The notes under the pieces were generated by a model. It made no database searches, was not told the DNA's origin, and saw only the letters and a list, made by a program, of their open reading frames with translations. The translations under genes were made by a program, and so were the position numbers. Of a stretch of 64,000 nt of DNA, positions 51,328-64,000 are shown in pieces (positions within the stretch are counted from its first letter, which is position 1; every line of letters begins with the position of its first letter). Source of the stretch: Eledone cirrhosa (lineage: Eukaryota); contig OZ024741.1 of NCBI GenBank assembly GCA_964016885.1, forward strand, positions 371,070,001-371,134,000, written 5' to 3'.

Positions 51328-54219
51328 CTAGCAGAAGTACCCGGCGTTGCCCATTATAACTCTCAATGGAATAGTCGTTCATATGAACCGAAAGACTCCG
51401 ATGGTAACAATTTAAACTTGGTGGCGCTGAAGAGGGCCTTGGATCGTTCACTCTTAAAAGTCCCAGCTGCAGAACTGTCAGCAACGACGACTCCAATTAG
51501 AGGCGGTGGCCCTTAAGAAGTCCTTCACACCACTTTGGTGTGTCGTATTTGCTTTGCTTGTTATTTGAGATTGTAACAGTCGGTGGCCACAAAAACAGCT
51601 GGAATGTCAAAAAAATGTGTAAATAAGATGTAGGGAAAAGTAGATTAATTAGGTTAGAACTACGGAACATTGATAGCAAAGCGTAATAGCAACATATAAA
51701 TGCGGAAAACGGAGACATTGAACATTTATAATGTATAGCAAAAGCAACCTCAGAGGCGTACGTGGTATTGTCAAAAGGACAAAAATAACACACGGATACA
51801 GCACTTATACAAAAAAAAACACCGATTACTTGTTGGCGGATGGAATGCCTACAAAACTTCTTTATAGACTATATTTTGGGTTTTCTCGCGAGTTGCAAAT
51901 GCAAATAGGTTATGACGGCTCCCTACTCAAGAGCAGCCAACATATAGTTGACCATGGGAGAAACACGGTTCATCTAAATTAAGCCCTACGACCGTCAGCG
52001 TCTGACCCTGTGATTTGTTAATCGACATGGCGATTTGCAGCCTTCTAAATGTGAAAGAAGTGTATTTACCAGATGTGTATATACCTTGGTATAAAGACAG
52101 TATCCCCCTTACCACATCCTGTAAGTATTGTTGCCTCATTAACATGAGGCATCGCCTTTTGGACGAACAGTCGCGTGCTGTTGGAAAGCCTTCGGGGTTC
52201 CAAATTCCTGAGGAGCATGACAGTGGCACCTTTCTTAAGTCGCAGTAAGTGTGGTAGCAATCCGGGAGAGTCTAGGGAGTTAAGAAATCCTGTGGGGTAA
52301 TTAACAACTTCGTCCGGATCAGCCATAGAGTCAAGGGACTTGTAGACATGCAGGTTTCCAGGCAAGCACAGCGTAGTTGGAGGAGGGGTCGTAGTTAAAG
52401 GCCTTCAACAACCAAGATGAATTACAAGTCCTAGAAATGCCACGTAATGATGATCACCGCTGTTCACTTTGCAGAAGTTGGTCACATCGTTGCTCTATGG
52501 TTTCAGTATTTCGTGCAGCAGCAGTGGCAGCGGCGTCCCTGCTTCGTCGAACAGTGCGTCGTCCTTCATCATCTTGAGCACGAGCAGCGGCTGTTGCAGT
52601 GGCGTCCCTGTTTCATCGAACGGCTTATTGTCCTTCATCCTCTCGAGTGCGAGCAGCAGTCACGGCAGTATCTTTGTTCCGTCGAAGTTCACGCCGACTG
52701 TCATCCTCCTCCGCTCCTGCAGCTGCCATCTGCACAGCATTCTGCAAGAGCCTGATCACAGTCGCATTTACACCTTCGGTGAGACGCCTTCGCTTAGAGC
52801 TACTTACATCATTAGATAATCGACCAATGAAAGTTCTTTTCTTGGGGGGGGGGGGGGGGGGGGAGCATTGTTTTTAGAAAATTAACCAGGGAGAACAATA
52901 AATAGTGGACAAATAACGTTTAAGTAAGAAAATCTAAACATGGATATAAATTGTGAAAAAATGTGATAAATCTATGTGGTCTGAGAAAGTGGGTGTTTTG
53001 CAAGATTTTGTGTACCAGTCAAATTTCAGATTTTAAGTTAGGAGCAACGCAGTGTACGGACTACCTGCCTGTGATAAAGGAAATTAAATAGTGTGGCTAC
53101 AGTGGTAGGAATATAAGTGTCAATATGTTTGTTCAGTTCGAACATAGCAATAAGTAAGTACTAACCATTGAAAGGATACAGGCAAAAATGGCCGAAAAAT
53201 CACAGCATGATAAACTGGAACCTTATGACCATAAACACATTAACTAAACCTCCGTTAAGGTGACAAATATTGAAGAAGCATGCATTTCAGAAACATGGGG
53301 TAGCTTATGAGAGTACGCATGTAAAAAAACCTACCACTTGTCAAAAGCCAAAAAAGAAGTGGGATCCTAGGTCGGACTTGACCGATATAAATAGGAGTGA
53401 TTTCGCTCAATGAACAACACTCGAGTTGTCTGATTGGTTAGATAATACAAATAAGTGTGATGAAATCTACTGAACACAACTCACTGATGTGTGGTTGGCC
53501 AGAGGTCGCCATTTCGCTCTTAATTGAGGTGCAATTAAATGGGGGTGACATTGAGGTGCAATTAAATGGGTGCAAAAACTAATCAATCATTCACACAGTT
53601 TAGGCATGAGTGTGAAATAGCACAATCCACATACAGTAGGCGTTAAAATTTACACCTGGGTTAAATCACGCGTTCTTGGTTAGGAGTGTGAAATGACACC
53701 AAAGTTCAAGGAAAAAAATTTAACTCCCCATTCTGCACTTAATTGTGGTGTCCCCTTGATAAGTTCAAGTAAAAGTTCATGTGTTCATCTTCCTTTGTAA
53801 GCCATGGGTAACCAATATGTCTTGCTTCGTGAAAACCAAACACCAACTCGAGCAGTTATGACATTTTGTTGCATTGATGATATCAACTTCAACATTCATC
53901 AAGTCGGTTTACTGCCCCCCAAGGGGTACCCTACCTGAATTTCTGCGCAAGTGCATGCCTGCAAATTTATTTGTAGACCATAAGCAAACAAAAGATTAAT
54001 TTGGGTGAAGAAGGGAGGCAAACTGCAGGAATTATGGTGCCTTTATGCAGTAATACTGCTTACTCCAAGCGAGTGGCTTAAGGGGGTTATCTGCCCCTGA
54101 GTGGCCCCACAATCAATGTACAGGAAAATAAAATAGCCTACAACGCGTAATAGGACTTCAGAAACCTATGTATGAAATTTGGTGCAAATCGGTTGTAAAA
54201 TGTAGAAATGTATGCGGTT

Positions 54220-54254
<35 letters not shown>

Positions 54255-54255
54255 C
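51328..54255 (-). mobile_element. Deleted Helitron (RepHel N-terminal repeats plus PIF1 helicase C-terminus)
   Basis: Minus-strand 3' end GCAACGCCGGGTACTTCTGCTAG|T. Helicase remnants FLNSL..PGLLPH.L.LK.GA.VMLLRNL and AMSINKSQGQTL...FSHGQLYVGCS. ~69-nt RRxRDAxATAAAR repeats at 52500-52720. The 5' boundary is approximate. Confidence 0.85.
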
Positions 54256-54811
54256 AACCCTATGCACCACAGTCCTAGAGTATTTTTATGCAACTTTATG
54301 CACATCCCGATAATGTCCGGGTGACGTGAGCAGATACCCCCTCTGCACCTTTGTCATGTATACATTCCTTTTTCCAGTATTTTATTTTATCTTATTTTAT
54401 TTTATGTACACGCATTTATATATAGGTGCCACCCATGTTATCTGTGATTAGGGCATGGTTACTACCTAGCTATTACATTTATGCATATTGTGCATGCACT
54501 TTCAGGCTTATATCGCCACATATTGGGTCCAAGCCTCAAGAATGTTTTCTCATAAAATATTTTATGTACCATGTGCACAGTTGTGTATGTGGATGTGTAG
54601 GTATTCAGCATATGTGCTTTTTGAGATGTATAAGTATGCCCATGCGCAGGTACATGTATGTATGGGTGTCCACACACATATGCATACATGCATGTCTGGG
54701 TGGATGTATTTGTATGAACATGTATGTGTAGATCTTCCATTTTTTCATCAGTATATATGTGCAGCATCTTAACTATATACGCTTTCCTGAGTACAGTGTG
54801 TGTGTGTAGAT

Positions 54812-55144
54812 TCATTTTCATCATTTCATTTTACGTCCGCTTTTTCACTGCTTGCAAGGGTGGGACAGGAACTGATTTTGGCTTGATTTCTACAGCTGGA
54901 TGCTCTTCCTAACACCAACCTCATTTACATTGAAAGCTGGGTGCTTTTTTTGCCATGGCACCTCCACAACCACTTTGCAGTGGAATGATAGGGACCCCAG
55001 TCCCTATCATCTCATTTCTACAGCTGAGTAAACTGGAGCAATGTGAAATAAAGTGTCTTGCTCAAGGAAACAACACATCACTCGGTCTGAGAATTGAACT
55101 CACAACCTTTCGATTGCAAGGCCAATGCTCTAACCACTAAGCCA
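54812..55144 (-). mobile_element. tRNA-head SINE with RTE 3' tail
   Basis: Reverse-complement copy of 40228-40575. Confidence 0.85.
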
Positions 55145-55710
55145 TTTATACAAGTATAAATATCAAAAATACCTTTGAATTAACTCTTTTAAAAGGCTAT
55201 TTCAAGCATTCTTTTAAAAACGTTCTTTTTACAGGAAATTTGTGTTTTTTAAGGTATTTTGAGGGTGTGTTTTTCTGAAACGGTCTGTTAATTGTTTTTC
55301 CATTTAAAAAAAAAAATTCTTTCTAAGTATTCGCTGTACATTCAATATCTACTGTGATTGTTGCATATAATACAGTTGCGGGTGTGTACGTGATCGCTGT
55401 AGGTGTATGAGTGCCCGTATATATCACTCCTGCGCCAAACATGACATAGGTGAGGGCGACTACAGGTTGAGAGAGCGGTTCAATCATACAACCCCTTACC
55501 TCCTACAGTAGTAATTCCGATTTAAGAAACAACTTTGATTGACAGATGGCGAATGAAAGGAACCAAATATAGGACGCCCATGAGTACCCAAAAATGCCGA
55601 TGACATGTACAATTCTTGACCACTCATAGAATGACAACAACAGGATCTAAGCTGCCAAGAGAGGGCCGCGGGTGTAATTGGACATTTGGAAACTCTGCTT
55701 CGTAGAATCG

Positions 55711-56433
55711 AGACATATCTGAGGACCTTGCGATTTCAGAGTCAGGTTTTATCACTGCATCGATCGTGCCTCGAGCTGGTCGCCAGAGAAACGATTGTAA
55801 TATCTATATATATAAAACTAAGGATGTCTGTGTGTGTGTCTGTGAGTTTGAATCCCTAAAACTCGAGAAGTACCCAACCGATGTTTTTCAAACTTTACAT
55901 GTGTATTACTTATGTTTCAGGGAGTGTTATGCACTTAAAAAATTCAACATTTTGATCTAGAGCCCGCATTAGGTGAAAAACTGTGTTTTTTAAGCTTTTT
56001 AGGGGTTTTTTTGAGGCGTTACGTCAGACCGATTTCCTTGAAATTGTAACTATGTATTAGTCAGTCTCTTCTTCATACCGGGAGTAAAGAAAATCCAACT
56101 TTTTTTATGGCTTAGGGCTCACATTAGGTGAAAAACTTCATTTTTTCTGCTTTTTAGGGCTTTTTGGAGGTGCTACGTCTAGCCGATTTTCCCGAAATTT
56201 CAAAGCATATTATGCACATAAAAAAAATTCATTTTCTTGATCCCCTAGAGCCCGCATTAGGTGAAAACCTGCATTTTTCCTACTTCATCGAGGAAAATCT
56301 TAAAGATTATCCAGCCATCAGAGTATTCGGTTTATTTTCTTTACATATTGTCCAGGCATGTAGTTTTTCCACGATTAGGTCTGTTGGCGGCCCGTGTTCC
56401 AAAATACCTTATCCCGTGCAACTGCTAGTGTCT
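55711..56433 (+). ncRNA. Hammerhead ribozyme split by a Helitron insertion
   Basis: agacatat CTGAGGA ...gcgat/gtcgc... GAAA cgattg TA ata|Helitron|tgtct AATAAA. Removing the insert restores an 8-bp stem I. Confidence 0.75.
55803..56428 (+). mobile_element. Non-autonomous Helitron
   Basis: A|TC...CTAG|T termini and no TSD. TCTATATATATAAAA followed by a TG-rich start. Three internal C.CATTAGGTGAAAA subrepeats. Confidence 0.85.
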
Positions 56434-56756
56434 AATAAATCTTATTCATTGCACCACTGATTCTCCATTTCTTATGTGATATTATATTCTGCTCTGTAAG
56501 AGCATCGAGTGCTCAAACGGCCTACAGCTTGCGGACGTTTTAAGCATCCCACACCAATTATATATAGATATACATATATATAGAGAGATATACATATATG
56601 TATATATATATGTAGATATACATATATATATATATAGATATATATATATAGATATACATATATGTGTGTATATATATATATATTATAAACATTTAGGTTT
56701 GTCGGAATTCCAAAATATTAAGTACAACTTATACATATATATATATATATATATAT

Positions 56757-57517
56757 ATCTTTTACTCTTTTACTTGTTCCAGCCATCCGGCTGAGGCCAT
56801 GCTGGGGCACTGCCCTTGTTGCTACACATTTTATCTCCAGCCTGTATAGGTTGGCCACTGGTGTAAGAGGGAGTTTGTTGCTGCTGCCCTTAGCTTTCCC
56901 TCGTGCCTTGCTGTGGGTTCATCCGGGATCCTGGATAGCAAGGTGTCGAGATGTTTCTTGAAGACATCCACCTCCACGTCATGCAAATCTCTCAGATTCC
57001 TCGGCAGCTTGTTGAAGAGTTGAGGGCCCTTGAATCCCAGGCTATTGCAATACCTGCGCCTTATTCTAGATGTGGAAGACGGGACCTTTGGCACCACACA
57101 GTGACGTCCTGTTCGACAGTTGGTCCAGCTCCCAATGTCAAAGTTTGGTGCTAGTCCCTCCAGGATTTTCCACATGTAGATCACTGCGTATCTCTCCCGT
57201 CTTCGTTCCAAGGAGTAGAGGTTCAGTTCTTTTAGCCTCTCCCAGTAGCTTGTCTCCTTCATCATGGCAATCCTCTTGGTGTAGCTTCGCTGGATTGCCT
57301 CAAGCTCCGTGGTTACTTTGACACTATGGGGTGACCACAACTGGGAGCAGTAGTCCAGGCGGCTTAGGACAAATGTCTTCCATAGTGTCAACATGGTGTC
57401 TCGGTCTCTTGTCCGGAAAGTCCTCAAGATCCAGCCAGCGAGTCATCTGCACATTGTCGCCACTTTCATGATGTGTGAGGAAAAAGATGCATCGTCGCTC
57501 ATGTCTATGCCCAGGTC
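56757..57517 (-). mobile_element. CR1-clade LINE 3' fragment
   Basis: DLGI..S..., SRLDYCSQLWSP, LEAIQR, YWERLKELNLYSLERRRER. Terminal AGTAAAAG repeats. Confidence 0.88.
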
Positions 57518-58357
57518 TGATCTCCTAGGTACCGGAAGCTATCCACCACTTCTATAGCGCCCTCTCGCATTTGAAAAATGTGTCTATCAGTGCGACTTCT
57601 ACTGTCTAATTTCCCTGTACATCTACTGCATACATATTTCTCCCTACCTGTTAGTTTGCCTGCTATCCCGCTACATCTCTTGTGTACCCAGGACCTGCAT
57701 TGTGTGCATTTTATAGAATTTATGCCAGTTCCTTTTCTGCATATCGAACATGGCCATTTCCCTGACGGAATCAGGGTTTTGTCCTCTTTTCTACTCATCA
57801 ACACTTTTGTCTTAGCTAGATTTACTCTCAGTCCTCTTGCTTCCAACTGCTGTTTCCATAGCCGGAATTTATTCTCTAGCTCCTCTACTGATTCTGCCAT
57901 AAGAGCCAGATCGTCAGCATAGAGAAGTTCCCATGGACAGCCAGTCTTAAACTCCTCTGTTATGGCTTGGAGGACTATAATGAACAAGAGCGGGCTGAGG
58001 ACCGAACCCTGATGTAATCCTACTTGTATCTGGAATTCCTCACTAAACTCCATTCCTACCCTGACTTTACTGAGAGTACCTCTGTACAAAGTTTGCACTG
58101 TCCTCACAAGCTATTCCTCAACACCCAGCTTCCTTAGGGACCACCAGATGACAGATCGGGGTACCCTATCAAAGGCCTTCTCTAGGTCAACAAAGGCTAA
58201 GTATAGTGGCTTATTCTTCTCTAAGAACCTCTCTTGCATTTGTCTCACCAAGAAGAGGGCATCTGTTGTACTCTTCCCAGGCACAAAACCAAACTGCATC
58301 TCATCTAGTTTGACCCTTTCCCTAATTAGTTGTGCTAAAATCCTTTCTGCCACTTTC

Positions 58358-58359
<2 letters not shown>
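57518..58359 (-). mobile_element. RTE RT fragment (PHD-bearing subfamily)
   Basis: [29 protein letters not shown]4HC3 and FRYLGD. Confidence 0.92.
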
Positions 58360-60627
<2,268 letters not shown>

Positions 60628-61318
60628 GCAAAGCATAAACGAACTAAGGAAAAAATTAGAGATAAGAGGGATCAGATGTTGTTTACTCGAGAGAAGGCTA
60701 CGTTGGTATGGACACGTGATGCGCATGAAAGTCGATAGCTGTATAACAAAGTGCAGGGCAATAAAGATAGACGGTAGTCACGGAATAGGCAGACCTAGAA
60801 AAACCTGGGACGAGCTGATAAACTCCGACATCACACACTTACACCTCTCCAAGACAATGTCACTGGACCGAGACCTTTGGCGGTACTCAGTAACAGAGAA
60901 GACCCGCCTTACCTAAATATATAGTAAAACCTACTCCAGCCAGTAGGCATCTCTAACAAAATACACCCCGTCCCACCACCACCACCCCCACCCCATCCAC
61001 TCCACCCCGTTCTATGTAAAGTTATGTTGGTGCCGCGCCATCGAGGCCGAAACAAATGAGATCGTGTAGGTGTCACGACAAAAAAACACACAGTCCACGC
61101 TGTAATGTGGCCGTGTAGGCAACACGGTAAAAACCTCCCAGACCCACACTGTAAATGTGGTTGGTGTTAGGAAGGGCATCCAACTGTAGAAAACCTGCCA
61201 GACAGTCCTATGCGAGCAAGACAATCACTCTTGCCTCAAGTGGGACTACCCCCGTCCAAACCCATGCAAGCGTGGAACACGGACGTTAAACGTTGATGAT
61301 GATGATGATGATGATGAT
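60628..61318 (+). mobile_element. 5'-truncated young RTE copy
   Basis: Nearly identical to 30760-31460. Confidence 0.92.
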
Positions 61319-61383
61319 ATATATATATATATATTTATTTATATATATATATATATATATTTATTTATATATATATATATATA

Positions 61384-61454
<71 letters not shown>

Positions 61455-61497
61455 TTATTTATATATATATATATATATATTTATTTATATATATATA

Positions 61498-61528
<31 letters not shown>

Positions 61529-61581
61529 TTGTTTATATATATATATATATATATATATTTATTTATATATATATATATATA

Positions 61582-61614
<33 letters not shown>

Positions 61615-61883
61615 TTATTTATATATATATATATATTTATTTATATATATATATATATTTATTTATATATATATATATATATTTATTTATATATATATAT
61701 ATATATTTATTTATATATATATATATATTTATTTATATATATATATATATACACAAAAGTTCTATTTAAAATTGTTGGAATACAACAAGTAAATATTTTA
61801 TAACTGATATAAAGCACTCGGCAAGTTTTTGGAGTAGATATACGATATTAAATAAATGGAAACTATATTTATAAAACCATATT

Positions 61884-61948
61884 TATTTCATTATACATAT
61901 TTCAGCGATACCAAATTAAAATATGGTATGCCTTCATCAGACAAAATA
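61884..61948 (-). ncRNA. Type I hammerhead ribozyme downstream of the PLE ORF
   Basis: Minus strand reads tattttgt CTGATGA aggc atacca...tggtat cgct GAAA tatgta TA atgaaata. Confidence 0.8.
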
Positions 61949-63333
61949 CAATATATAAACAGTTTTATAAATAATTTTGACGTACCCTATTAAATGCGAC
62001 CATTATTTTTGGAAGCTGTCTGGATAGTGAGATGTTTATAATTATTTTATTAGTTATAGTGTTAAGCACAGTTAGAAAAAAGACGGAGAGAAAGAAAAAA
62101 CGGAGAGAGGGAAGGAGAGAGAGAGAAAAGGAATGTATGCAGAAAAGAAAGATATATATAAATAGATAGGAGGAAATGAAAAAGAAAGAAATAAGAAAGA
62201 CAAAAGAAAGCAACAGAGAGATAATAATTCATCATGCAGATAGAGAAATGCAAGAGAGAGGAGGATATAGTGACAACTTTACGTCATGTCATATTAAGTT
62301 GAATTAACAATTCATATGAAATGAATAATAAAAATGTAAATATCAATATTCATGAATGAGACATAGATATATAATATGAGAAAATAACATTGTTCAATAA
62401 TGACTATATGTTTAGTTTAAAACCTTGAGGTCAATATACCAAAATCTGAGTTAAAACCTTCAAAAAATACCCTATTTATAAAAATACGGATACACATATG
62501 TATATATATATACACGCATATGTACGTCCTGAAAAAAGAGAAAATTATGTCTACTCCAGTCAATAATATAGACATACAAATGATTTCACTTGATCATTTC
62601 TATACATTTCTTGTGTTATAAAAATTTCACAGTATATATACATAAAAATACGATTAATATTTATGTCCTCATATATATGATTACCGTTCATGTATTTAAT
62701 ATTATGCATATCTGCAACACACATCAACATATACACACACATCATACATACACATACATATGTATAAATAAATATCTGCGTGAGTTTTCCAGCATCGTTA
62801 TGCATATATACAGACATACATACGAACACATAAATATATAAACTCTATAAACCTTTTATATGCATGTTAATACACACAAATGGTCTTTGTATAGAGATAA
62901 TCAAATATCAATATATTAATACAGAAACATCAAAGCATTAAATATCTTTAACACACTATAGAGTATCTCAAGTTAAAATAATATGTTTTATATATTTATT
63001 ATAGAAATCTATCCTACCTATATCTCAACCAAGATATTGCAAGGGTAGACATATGAAAGTTATTAGAAGCTATCAGAGTAAAAAAACAAATAAAAAAACA
63101 AAAATAATTTAAAAGATTTAGAAAACCCAGTGATTCTACGGATGCCCTTATATTTAGTATAGAAATTTATCTTACGTAAATTTTATTTAATACATTGGGA
63201 GCATATACATTTTAGAGTAGTTTATTATATCCTTGTTTATATTTAGGAAGAAAGTTTAAAAAGAAAAAGGTGAAGGAATCTAATGATTTATCGTCAGGTT
63301 TCATATATTAACTAAATTTCTTAATTAATTATA

Positions 63334-63999
63334 CTACATTTTAAATTTATATTTATATTTAAACGTTGAGTTCAATCTATGTCTGCAGCAACTGAATAAA
63401 TTGCTCCTTAAATTAAGGGAATTTTTGGACTTTAATATAAAGAATATTTCTTCTATACAAAGATCACAACTCTCTGATGAGGAATTAAAAGGAATACCTT
63501 TTGAGACAATATTCCAAATCATCGAATATTTAACATTATCTCGTTTAAGGTGCCAGAGTAGGCTAGATAGCGAAGTTGAGGATTTTTTGTTTGGATCTGT
63601 GAAAGAATTCTTATGATTATTGAAGCGAAGTTTAAATTCTGTCGAGGTGGAACCAACATAGTTGAAAGAATTTAAATTAGTTTTAACATTACAATTGTAC
63701 ACTACATTTTTAGCTAAGCAGTTGTTATTTAACGGACAGTTAGATTTATTTCTACAGTTACAGTTATTTAATTGAATATTGTTTGGGATATTATTGGTAT
63801 TTTGGTTAGATTTTAAATTCCTATTAATTCTGTTAATATTTTGTGCTAAATTTTTGGTGGACGAGTAAGTTAATTTTATAGTGTGTCTATTAAAAATTGA
63901 GTGATATTTATGTGTTCTAGGGAAGCGTTTGTCAAGAGCATTAAAGAATAGTTTAGCAATATGGGTTTTAATATTTAGTGAGAAAGGGGGGGCAAACCA
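63334..63999 (-). mobile_element. Penelope-like element ORF C-terminus (linker plus GIY-YIG endonuclease), open past the window edge
   Basis: Uninterrupted frame WFAPPFS...CNCRNKSNCPLNNNCL..NVVY...YVGSTSTEFKLRFNNHKNSF...CDLCIEE...LNLRSNLFSCCRH. The motif pattern resembles Naiad-clade PLEs (inference). Confidence 0.9.
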
Positions 64000-64000
64000 T

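Noticed and set aside
52447-52877. Plus-strand Gln/Ser-rich ORFs
   Set aside because: They are antisense shadows of the Helitron N-terminal repeats.
63474-63480. CTGATGA on the plus strand
   Set aside because: It is antisense to the GIY-YIG frame, with no matching stems or properly placed GAAA.

Overview
AT-rich eukaryotic DNA, probably from a coleoid cephalopod such as an octopus (inferred from repeat content, not proven), made almost entirely of transposon debris and (TA)n microsatellites. The only recognisable host gene piece is coding exon 1 of a cysteine dioxygenase (CDO1-like, 18473-18630, with TATA/CCAAT/CRE-like promoter motifs). I could not find exon 2, so the remaining ~45 kb is probably one large intron. 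Mobile elements include an L1/Tx1 LINE end, many RTE LINE copies (one family with a PHD-type finger inserted in the RT region, one with three C-terminal C2H2 fingers), CR1- and CRE-like remnants, Penelope-like (PLE) GIY-YIG ends, DD37D (maT) Tc1/mariner copies, two Helitrons, a hAT MITE, a nested non-autonomous LTR element and tRNA-derived SINEs. The main hidden signal is non-coding. About 18 type I hammerhead ribozyme motifs (CTGANGA...GAAA...TH with paired stems) can be read by eye, four of them mutated or disrupted. Many sit once per unit in ~437-458 nt and ~540-585 nt tandem or permuted repeats, whose ends and inversion points fall at or near the predicted cleavage sites. This suggests several families of non-autonomous, probably PLE-mobilised retrozyme-like elements. 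Ribozyme activity and circular RNA production are inferences that need testing.
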